A stretch of 60,000 nucleotides of DNA from positions 14,138,001-14,198,000 of the forward strand of contig CM075989.1 of the NCBI GenBank assembly GCA_038087875.1, given 5' to 3'. The position numbers were made by a program, and so were the translations under genes. The DNA comes from Malacoraja senta (lineage: Eukaryota). The stretch's first letter is position 1; each line of letters begins with the position of its first letter. Below are positions 49,536 through 60,000 of the stretch, in pieces. Under the pieces are notes generated by a model. That model had not been told where the DNA came from, made no database searches, and saw only the letters and a program-made list of their open reading frames with translations.

Positions 49536-50024
49536 TCTTCTTCTTCTGTCGTGTGTCTTTTAGACCTGCAGCTCCGTTGAGGCGAGCCAGGCCAACGTGT
49601 CATCCTCCAGGTCAATCAGACCTCATTCACCATTCGGTGGCCGGTGTTTGGGGCAACTGGTGACTATGTGCTCCACTGTCTGTGTTGGGTCCCCACACTC
49701 GCATGAGGCGCTGTCCACGAGGCCCCACCTCTTCATCGCTACTCCATAGTGTCCGATGCCTGTCCTGAAGCGGTTGAGGGTTGTCCACTGCTTTCGGGGC
49801 AGGTCCTGGCCAGGGACGTCCATGGGGTCACCGATGTAATGATGTAGCCTAGATGGTTCCGCTGACTTCCACTGGTCTCTCCTTCTCGTCTTGATCCAGG
49901 CAGCCTTAGAAGCGTCAGCCGGTGTTGTGCAGAGCAGCTCTTGGGCTTGCGTGGCAAAGGGGTGCCGTGACTTGAGACGCACTCGTCGTGGTGTCTCTGT
50001 GACGATCTGATGGAGGAGGTGGGA
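49536..50024 (-). mobile_element. 5'-truncated Vingi/Ingi-clade LINE (C-terminal CCHC region, short 3' UTR, (AGA)n tail)
   Basis: RLKSRHPF...WTTLNRFRTGIGHYGVAMKRWGLVDSASCECGDPTQTVEHIVTSCP, one internal TGA, then GLIDLEDDTLAWLASTELQV*; tail GACACACGACAGAAGAAGAAGA. Confidence 0.8.
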
Positions 50025-51079
50025 AGTGAAGTGAAGTGTTTGTAAAGAATGTGTTTCAGGATAATGTGGAATAAGCTTTGATTTTGAAGATCAGATGCAG
50101 TGAGGAAATCAACGTGCACTGTTTCTTATTTGGTACTGAAAAACAGCAAGGGAGGAAAGGCCAAAAGATTATGGACCATGAATACTTTAACCAAGACTTT
50201 ACATGTGCCTCTACCTTCCTGGGCATGAAAAATAGAATTGGAGAAACTCCTAACTGGTTATTTTGATCATCAAACCATCCAGAGGTACTGTCCCTTTGCC
50301 TCCACCTCTCTCGCTGCTCCGCCTACTGGCTATCTCCTCTTTACACTCTCAGTCTTGAGGCAAAGTTTTGACCTGAAGCATTGACTGCCCGTTTGCCTTC
50401 ACTATCCTGCCTGGACCTGCTGTGTTCCTACAGCTACATGTTTTTTGCTTCATATCTCGGCACCCGCAGTCTCTTGTATCTCTATTTTCATCCAGAGATA
50501 CAGCCTGTCTAGGGTGAGAACCATCTTCAAAATGTACTGCAGAAACTTACCAAGCCTTTTGCAACAATGCTACCCAAACCTCCCACATCATGATGTTCAT
50601 GGGAAGAAAAGGCTAATGTATCCTGATTTACAAGTAAATTGCTATTTGAATAGATCCATTTACTGGAATCATCTGTTCAACAGCATTGTGGCACTATTTT
50701 TGCCTTAAAAAAGGGGAGATTCAGGGAGGTTTCTACCCAGCATCCTCTCAAGGGCAATTAGAAATGGGCAGTAAAATAATTGCTCTGCCTGAAACACCTC
50801 AGTTATGGAAATGGCTTGATAGGCATAAATGACAAAGGTTAAAGATGAAAAGGATACAAAGGGATGTCAGATTAGGAGAGAAGAGGAGTGAAATGTAAAG
50901 CCAGAGGGAAGATATGAGTGGAAGGGGATGGAGGGTAGAGGAAAGAAGGTGGATAAAAATGAAATGTGGATTTGGGGATGGGAGATTTGGGGAAGGAGGG
51001 TAAAGGAGAAGGGTGACTGGGGGCATGGGAAATGGTAAAAAATATGTGTGCACTGGGGTGGGAGAGGTGGCAGGCTGGG

Positions 51080-51440
51080 TCTTTATTCTTGAGACATAGG
51101 AGACAGGGTGTGCTTACAGAGGTGTATAAAATCATGATGGGCATATATAGGGTAAACACACCATTTTCTCTGATTTAGGGAGTCAAGAACTAGAGGACAT
51201 ATGTTTAAGGTGATAGAGGAAAGATTTAATAGGAACCTGAAAGGGAACATTTTCCCCACAGAGAGTAGTACGTATATGGACTGTGCTGCCAGAGAAATAG
51301 TTGAAGGCATTTACAATAACAATATTTAAGAGTCATTTGGACTGGTATATGGATATGAATGGTTTAGAGGGATATGGTTCAAGAACAGGCAGATGGGGCT
51401 AGCGTAAATTTGCATCTTGGTCGGCATGGAGGAGGTCGTA
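51080..51440 (+). mobile_element. CR1 3' fragment
   Basis: CTTACAGAGGTGTATAAAATCATGATGGGCAT...AGAACTAGAGGACATATGTTTAAGGTG. Confidence 0.8.
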
Positions 51441-53329
51441 TCAAATTCTTCGTTTTACTCAAATTCCTTCATCAGACCATTAATGATGCACAATAGGAGC
51501 TTTACTCAGCTTATGTCTGCTGTGGTTGCTTTTTGGCCAACTGCCAGCATTCCCAAATATATGGCTAGCATTCAGGTGAGACTTTTGCAACATTAACCTG
51601 TAATTTAGCATGATGATAATGTGATCTACATTTGGAATTTGGCTGGTAAACATTAATTTGTGTTGTATTGTTTTCCCTTAAGAGATGTTTTTTGGTCATG
51701 TTCAATACACTAGAATATAGGTGTATGTTCACTTGAACACATGGCAGTGAAATCAAGGCCTTTGATCCATTATTTTTTAGGTTAGTCATTTAGAGTAAGG
51801 TCTAAATAGGCTAAAATAGTTCCAAATTCCTTTTATTTAAATTAGTTTAAAAACATGGATCACTATACACCTATTTTTCATGTGGGATTAGGAAAGGTTT
51901 ACATTTGTCACTCATCCCTAAATGCCGCAGACACGGTGGTGGTGAATCATCTATTTTCACCATTGTAGTCCATGCTAAAGTGCAAAAATCTGTGTTGATC
52001 TTGATATTTATGGTATTGAAAGGTCATTAAATGAAATAAAATGAAAAATAGATATTTATTAACATGTGACAAAGGGAAAAATAACATAACAGAGAAATGT
52101 AGGAGAAGACTTAGAAACAGTACACAGTGTTGAATGAATAAAAAATATTCAAGAAAATATTCATCACTGAGGTAGTTGCTCATTTCAGGCGGGCATAAAA
52201 AGCCGAGGTACCAAAATAAGGAAACAGAACAATTCTGCACTGAGATCGTTGCTGGTTTCGTTTTGAGCAGTTCTAATTTTCTTCATCTTTATCAGTGTTT
52301 GATTGATTGTGCTCCTCACCTTGATAAGCAATAAAAACCATTATGAAGAGAAGCTGGAACCAGTCTGCAGTCTTCTTGGTAAATCCAACTATATAGCTTA
52401 TTTTTCTTTTTATGGTTGTCCCAGAAATGACAGTGTGTGATTTTGTTACTCAATTACTATGTACTCGTTGTATAAAATTCAAAATCCAGAACATGCAAAA
52501 GCTAGACATTTTGTAGTCCACAGAGAAGCTTATCTTAGAGTTGGCATTACCTCTTGGATTTGGGCTGTGATTATTTAGACAAAGTGCTTATTTTTCACCT
52601 TCAGAAATGGATGAGATTTATTCTGAGAGCAGACATCGAGGTACACCTAAACAGATGTTATGTTGTTTTAACTTGATAAATCAATCTAATAGTCTATTAA
52701 CGTGTCCATGTGAGTAAAATAAATGTTTAAGTACACATGCAGGAAGCATGACCAGGTAATGACTCTTATGGGAGAGCTGAGTGTGGTCAATTAGAAGCTC
52801 AGTTTAACGTACTTAGTAATAGTAGTAGTATACCATTACGATATACCTGCTAATTTGGTACCTCTGCTGGATGTGTCTTCATTATTTTGGTTGAAGTACA
52901 TGGCATCTGATGTATTAACTTGTAACTAGCAGGTATAGTTCTTTCTATTGCAATCCAGAACATTTTAAGATAGCCATACTTGTCTTGGAGCAAACAACTT
53001 CAAGGCAAGTGAAGATTCATATCAATGGGCGTAATGGAAACCAATGGACATAAGAACAGATGGAAAAGTGAATTTGAGGGAAGCAATCAGCTCAAATTCT
53101 GGAATGGTGAAAGGTTCAAGGGTCTGCATGGCCAACACTTATATTCCTTGTGTTTGTGCAAGAGGTGTAGCCTAATCAGTACCAAGGACACATGGGGAAT
53201 GGGTAGTATTGGCTAATCCAACACTAAACCTGAGCCTGCACCCAATCTCCCTGGAATGGGATAAATAAGATACTGTAATTCTTCACATCCCATCAAAACA
53301 CAACACACTTTACACTCAATTTTGTACTC

Positions 53330-53620
53330 TGAAATGTTTCCAATGCTGAAATATATGCAAAATTAATTGCATTTGAGCATGGCCAGATTACACAGATTGC
53401 AATAAGATAAATAATCTTGTTGTTGGCCGTTGATGTTGGCTGAAGGATGATTGTTGGTCAAGGTGAGTCGCTTGTTCTTTGAAAAAAGCCTTGGTTTAAT
53501 TTGGTATCAAAAGACGGCGTCTCCTTTGCCGATTTCAACCCAGTTTCTGCAGCTCAGAAGAGGCTTTAACCAGCAACCTTCTGATTCAGATATGAGAATG
53601 TTGCGACTGATGCTATAGTA
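53330..53620 (-). mobile_element. Possible ancient Deu-domain SINE remnant
   Basis: GCCTTGGTTTAATTTGGTATCAAAAGACGGCGTCTCC and CAACCTTCTGATTCAGA resemble DeuSINE core and head sequence as I recall it; highly degraded. Confidence 0.4.
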
Positions 53621-56474
53621 GAATGGGAATTCCTTGCATGCAGGCTGTGATTTCTCATTTGGAGATTTCTAAATGTAGTGATGGCTTTCTTTATGTGGCT
53701 GATTGACAAAAAGGGAGGTGGGGTATATGAAAAGAATCCTCTGCAGGGTCTTCTGGGTCCCAATGGCATTTTTCAAACATATAATTACTCGTTTAGAATG
53801 GATACATTATAGTTGTTTTTGATTTATGGAATCAATTCAAAGGAAGCAATTTGAAATGATGTTCCCCACGTGTATCTGATGTCAAAAATTTAATAAAGCA
53901 AGTGAACTTCAAATTTCTTTATTGATTAACAACTTTCTGATATGGACAGAATGTGTTTCTCAATACAGCCACACAAAAAAACCTACTGTAGATCATAGAA
54001 TATTCCATTCCTCAAGAAGTCATGGGACAGTTGACATTGAGGTGAATGCTCTTATGACTGACATTTTCTCAAAATGGCATATTTTAAATTGCTGAGGTTA
54101 TATCATGACCCAAAGAGTTAAATCTGGAAATTAGGTTTGTAATTAAGAAGTTTTTGTCATCAACTGTTTTGCTTAAAATTGCTTGTTTTCTTGTCACAGC
54201 ATATTAAAAGTATACATGGTAAAACTTCCATTGTTAGAAGATGGATTTTACTGATATCTGCAAAGCAAAATTCTTGATGAATCTTTGGCCACATTCCGTG
54301 TTGAAACTTTATGGAGGTATACATTTCTTAAAGAAATAATGCATTGGATACTCATTTAAAAAAAACACTAATCTTTTTAACCTAATTAATATATAGTTAT
54401 GTTCAAATGATTATGTGTAAATGGCTATTTCATTGGTGTACATTTTAATTACTTCTTGTTGAATGGCTAATATCATTGGGGGAAAAAATGAAACTATAAT
54501 CTGCTGTCAATTGATAACTTTAAATGTTTGTCTTTGATGATTAATTAAGACAGATATACTGGGAATAGAGTAGTTTTCAATTTAAGTGTTCTGATATTAA
54601 AGTTTAAAAAAATTAAAAATTTAAATTATTCAAACATTCATCCAATCCCTAAACTAAATGATAATTATAAACATTTGCCTATTATGGAAAATGGTTATGT
54701 AGTTGTCACAATAGGTCACGTTGAGCTGATAAATGAAAGGTCAGGTACAGCACAACCCTGACAAACAGATTTCCTTACCGAGCCTGAGGAGAGCTTCACA
54801 CTGTTATCAGTATTGCAGCTAGCAATGCATCTGCTGTCGGCTGTGGGTCTCCTACAGCATTGCATGTGTAAAATCTGTGTGCGGGGTTTGTTTTTTCTTC
54901 TGTGGTGAGCTCATTTCACACCATCTCTAAGCAGGAAGACACGTTACTATAGGAGAGAAAGACTGCTGGTCGTACAATTCAGAATGTGGGCAGAAGAGTG
55001 CAAAGCAGTGGCACAAAGCAGGCTGCTATGTGAAGTTAAAGCTGATGCACGCGATGATAGGATTGTCAGTCCGTAGTGATTGTTGAAAGCTGTACCAATT
55101 CAATAGTTGTCAGGGGCACTGACTTAATCCCATGCTAAAGCTTCATCAAAGCAGCATGAAAGGAAGAGAAAAGGATTGTACTTCAGGTGATGCTTTGGAA
55201 CCGTATCAATGTAGCAAGTTGTAAAGAATGCAGTTAATGCTGCTTAGGGAAACCACTGGAATTTAGAGAAACAGATAACATTGCAGGGCACCAGTCTGCC
55301 TGATTGCACTTGAGTTGAAGCACTGTGGATCGGCTGTGCTGTCTCCTGTACCATTTCCCCTTTTGATTAAGCATGGGAGATCAAATGTGTGGTTTTTGCT
55401 CTGTGTTTCTGCACTGAAGGAAAATTCTCATGTGTCCCTTTGTTTGATGGGTAGTTTCTTTAATTGCAAATCTGGAAAAATACAGGTATGTTCTTGCCAA
55501 TTTATTATGTCTCTGAAATGTGTAAGATATTTAATCTTGTATTTATTTTTTATAATTCATCTTAAATGCTTTAATTAATTTCCCTGACACTCAAGTTAAT
55601 TCTATTATAGCTATAGCTATTGTTTTGTCTTTTTGTTCCGCTTAAATCAACTGTTATGCAGAAACCATGGATTAATAATGTAAGTAAATCCCATTTGATA
55701 CCTCAGTGCTGTAAATTCCATGTATATTACAGTTTCACTGCCTGGGGTTTAAGAATGTAGTTCAATGCGTAGCTGAAGAACCTATTATTTCTTTAGTGCA
55801 ACCATGTTGTTACATTTTTGCTGTGTAATACAGCAATTTTAAGTCATTTCACAAATAGGAATACAAATGTTTTACTCCATCTGTTTTGTTCATCCCCGTA
55901 TCCTGATTAATCTTTCAGCATGAACAGCTTGCAAAATTGCCACGCCACACAACCTGTTTAAAATGTATACATGTTATTTTTTTCAGTAGTGCTAGCAAGA
56001 TAGCCAGCAATTGTTCTCACAGTTACTACCTGTTCTTTCAAATTGGTTCTGAAGGCTTCTTGGTTTTATATCTGAAATAATTTTAATTATCATTAACTCT
56101 GTCATTCTCAAGCAATTCATTAAATGAGGTTTAACCAATGCAGTGTAAGCTTTACAGAGGAAATTGAATCATAACCCTTGTGACAACCTCAAATCTTTAA
56201 GCTAAATAATATATGCACTTCATATTTAAATATCCTGCTATGGAGTTTAGGAACTAAAACCAGAGTTTACATTTAGACTGTTAAATGTTGATTGCATGTG
56301 AAATAGTAAGATGATCTAACTTTTAACAAAATGATAAATCTATTACATTACATCATTTCACAGGCACTTTTATCTGGTGATCTCAGAGGCTTCCCTCACT
56401 TCAGAGACTTTCCATTGTTTAAAGAGACATTGTCAACTCAGTAAAGAAGTTTTCAGGCAGACCCATGCTACTGT

Positions 56475-56580
56475 CAGACACAGAAAGGTGGAGTAACTCA
56501 GTGGGTCAGGCAGCATCTCTGGAGAAATGGAGTAGGTGACGTTTCGGGTCCAGACCGTTCTTCAGACTCGAAATGTCGCC
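56475..56580 (-). mobile_element. Penelope terminal-repeat fragment with hammerhead motif (56538-56565)
   Basis: Minus strand AGT-CTGAAGA-ACGGTCTGGACCC-GAAA-C-GTC-ACC. Confidence 0.75.
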
Positions 56581-57441
56581 TTTATTGCTTCAATTGGGAT
56601 AATGGTCACATATGAAGAAAGCATGGCAAAATGGCTCTTACCCAACCCTTTTAATGGCATTTAGTATATCCCATATGAATAAGAGAGAACAGAGAAAAGA
56701 CACAAGATAGAAATCAATACATTGGAACACTTGAATTTCAGTGGACCTTGAGCTCCTAGCATTCGTGCTGTGAATTGCACTGGTCTACTGTGGGTACCTA
56801 AAACAAAAACAGAAAATTCTGGAAATACAGCAGGTCCAGCTGAATCTGTGGGAAGAGAAGAAAAGACAATGCTTCAGATCAGAGATCCTGAGTTGGGAAG
56901 GTGACAAAAGAAACTCGCTTAGCTGTAGCAAGGGTGAAGGAGGTGGATGTCTCTAAAAGCGTAATTATTTACAGTTGATCCCCATGTACACAACAGTTTT
57001 GCCACTCCAGAGACATTGCCCACTCTCTCGTCCTGTAGCCCAAATTGATTCTTTAGTCTCCAGTTCTGACACAGTCTCCGACCTGAAACTTTGACTGTGT
57101 TTCTCCTCCCACAGATACGGCCTGACCTGCTGAGTGTTTCCTGCATTTTCTATTTTTGTTTTTAATTTACAGCATCTCCAGTTTTTTTTTTTCTTCATAT
57201 ACTGTGTTAGCCTGTTGCTTTACATATGCTAAGACATCCTGCCATGATAATGTGCCTCATAAGAGACAGTTTTTTCAGCTATAATTTGATAAAGGCAATA
57301 ATAGGGTTGATGATTAAAGTAAGATTTGTTTTTATAAATTACGTTGCTTGCTAAAATTGTACAGAGCTGGCAACACATAACATGCACATTTTCAATGGCT
57401 AATGATAATTTAAAAATTAATAATAATGAAATAAAATAAAA

Positions 57442-57763
57442 GCGGCACATTGGTGTAGCAGTAGAGCTGCTGCCTCACAGCGCCAGAGACGCAGGTGTGT
57501 TCCTGACTACGGGTTCTTGCCTGTACGGAGTTTGTACTTTCTCACCATGACCTGCATGGGTTTTCTCCCCGAGATTGGTTTCCTCCCACACTCCAAAGAC
57601 GTACAGGTTTAGGTTAATTGGCTTGGTGTAATTGTAAGATTGTCCCTAGTGTGTGTAGGGTAGTGCTAATGTGTGGGGATCGCTGGTCGGTGCGGACTCG
57701 GTGCACCTAAGGGCCTGTTTCCGCGCTGTATCTCTAAACTAAACTAAACTATACTAAACTAAA
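57442..57763 (+). mobile_element. HE1-like tRNA-derived SINE, full length
   Basis: Head GCGGCACATTGGTGTAGCAGTAGAGCTGCTGCCTCACAGCGCCAG; CR1-like tail GGGCCTGTTTCCGCGCTGTATCTCT(AAACT)n. Confidence 0.88.
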
Positions 57764-59415
57764 TAATCAGTTTTTAACTATGCATGAGATTGAAAGTAAG
57801 AATCTTGTGCCATATCTTATAATCAGCACATGAAGATAAAAAAAGACTGTAGATGCGAGAAATCTGAAATAAAACGAAAAGTGCTGGAAGATCTCGGCAG
57901 ATTAGGATGTATCCTGAAAAGAGAAACAGTTATTGTTTCAGATCTGGGATCCTTCATCAGAATGCCATAGCGCTTATAACTCATATTTGTAATTATAAAG
58001 TTTAAATTTCCTTGGTGCCAGAAACGTTCATAGCTGGACCTTAAACAAGATTAAATGGAGGCAGGTAAATCAAATTGCAGCTTCATAACACAGAAGAAGT
58101 TTGTTTTTCATTTATATGCATTTATGTGTTTAACTCAATGATGGATTATGGCTTTCAACATCAGCAAAATCTTAGCACATACTAGTTTTGCAATAATATT
58201 ATTTATAAAGTAGTTTAAATTCATTATATACAAAACCTGTCACAGTTGGTACAGTTTAGTTAAATTGCAATGGAAGTTTTTTTTGTATGCAGCTTTTAAA
58301 GTGCATTAAAGCAATTTTTAAATGGAATTTACTTATCATAAAAGCAATTTAATCGAATTGGGACTTTTGTTCTAGGCTCCACAGGTATTTTTAAGAAAGG
58401 CTGCAATTATTTAAAAAGTGCACGATATAGACATTTTTATATAAAGACAGTTTTTTCTTTTGCAATTGTTTCCTGATTTTATTAAGAACAATGTGAACTG
58501 TCCAGTGTTTAAAGTTCTTTAAAAAAGTTTCAACTTTAATGGAATTACCTGATACCCAACCTTGAGTTATGTTCCTGGCTTTAGCCTTGGCCTGCCTCAT
58601 CAGTAAGACGCAGCACTATGCAGTAGAAGAATCTGTCGATACTGATTCTGTAGTAGAGATGCAGTCTTTAGCTTTGGCTGATCATACAGCAGAATAAACT
58701 GCCTTCAAAGAATTCTCCAATTTAGGTATAACTTGCTTCTCGCTGAAGAAATTAGCATTGTTTTGGAAGTTAGAAGAGGAGCGTTTTCCTTAAGGGTCTA
58801 ATATAAGCATTTAACGGCACATGACCAATTGAATATTAATATCACAATACCAATTGCAATCATGTTGCATTGCCCATTTTCAACATGTCGATTGCACCAG
58901 GATCAAACGATTGACACATTTCCTAAACATAAGCATCTGACATACATGTACCTGCACTCAATTGTCAATTGAATAGCTTACTGAAGTGCTACATTTATAC
59001 AATAAAATCAGCCTATTAGCCTCATTTCCCCCGAATACAATTGCAAATAATGTCATATTCAAACTTGCACTTTCACCGAAGGAAAATTATTTTTTTAATC
59101 TGTTTTCCAGTAGTTGCTGGTGTTATTATTCCCTGTTATTTCTACTAAAGTGCCTATGAACAGGTACTATCTGTAATGGTTCATGAAGAGGAGCTGAATT
59201 ATTTGCTAAAGTTGTGAATATTGAGCTTTTGGTTGTGAATTAACAATGGGTGGAGACTACTAGCTCTTCTGTCAAGGCTTTCTGAGGATTCACAATTAAT
59301 TGTCATCAGACACCATATCTACATTGAATATTTAACATAATTTGAACGGTTTTAGAAAGCTAGTGGTAATATTTTGTTAAATATATTGCCAAATTTGGCC
59401 AAATTCTAAATGTTA

Positions 59416-60000
59416 ATGCCCCTGTCCCACTTAGGAAACCTGAACGGAAACCTCTGGAGAGCAAAGTTTCCGTGAGGTTCCCGGAGGTTCCCGGAGGTTT
59501 TGGTCACTCTCCCTAATGGTGGAAAGTGGTTTCCGCGTAGTCTAGGCTTTTTCTATGTTCCTGTGATTATTTTAAAAAAACAAAAAACGGCCTCGACTAA
59601 AAATAGGTTGCTGTTTGGTCGAAGCCAGTGGAGTGGGGTTGCTATTTACTTACAGGCAGTCGAAGGCAATCTCCTTCGTTGACCGGCCATTTTGATTGGC
59701 TCATTGGAGTTTTCAGCAAAGATCCTGTAGGATCTTTGGTTTTCAGGACCTAGAAGATCCGCCGGATGGTAAAATGCCCGCTAACTTTATTAAACTTCTT
59801 AAAACTGCCTCCACTCCTTCTCCCCCCACTTCTCCCCCCTTCTCTCCCCCCTTCTCTCCCCCCTTCCCTCTCCCCTTCTCTCTCACCTTCTCTCTCCCCT
59901 TGTCTGTCCTTTTCTCCCCTTCTCTCCCTCCCTCCCGTGCTCTCTAAAGGACTTACCGTGCTCTGTGGCAGCTGTTTACCTTCCTCTTCATCGCACAGAC
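59416..60000. mobile_element. Harbinger-type non-autonomous element running off the window end
   Basis: TTA|ATGCCCCTGTCCCAC terminus related to AGGGCCTGTCCCAC; GC-rich body with a GAGGTTCCCG repeat and C/T tract. Confidence 0.6.
59716..59739. mobile_element. 24-bp palindromic micro-insertion with 6-bp TSD
   Basis: G-CAAAGATCCT-GT-AGGATCTTTG-G flanked by TTTTCA (59710-59715, 59740-59745). Confidence 0.75.

Noticed and set aside
57442..57520. tRNA-like sequence (also at 27806 and 42321)
   Set aside because: SINE heads continuing into SINE body and CR1-like tail; no full cloverleaf
58580..58605. CTGATGAG on the minus strand as a possible hammerhead core
   Set aside because: No correctly placed GAAA or stem II and no Penelope context

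Overview
Eukaryotic, AT-rich, repeat-dense intronic or intergenic DNA. The repeat content (HE1-type tRNA SINEs with CR1 tails, many CR1 LINEs, Penelope, Rex1/Babar, Vingi/Ingi, L1, Helitron, hAT and PIF/Harbinger MITEs) suggests a cartilaginous fish, probably a skate or ray (inference). I recognise no intact host protein-coding gene; the listed ORFs are transposon fossils or chance ORFs in low-complexity or GC-rich repeats. Highlights: (1) a 135-bp TSD-flanked retroelement at 332-466 that starts exactly with an HDV-like ribozyme fold and ends in an (AAG)n tail like the Vingi LINE fragment at 49.5 kb; (2) dispersed minimal hammerhead motifs in Penelope terminal repeats, including a tandem pair split by an L1 insertion; (3) two 24-36 bp palindromic insertions with shared CAAAGAT...ATCTTTG ends and perfect 6-bp TSDs; (4) one complete non-autonomous Helitron, a second Helitron 3' end and a fossil Helitron helicase; (5) a five-copy Rex1-tailed non-autonomous family with a structurally conserved 3' hairpin and YY1 or ETS 5' motifs; (6) a unique inverted repeat with a nuclear-receptor DR1 site in each arm. 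All family assignments come from recognising motifs by eye, not from database searches, and boundaries of old repeats are approximate.
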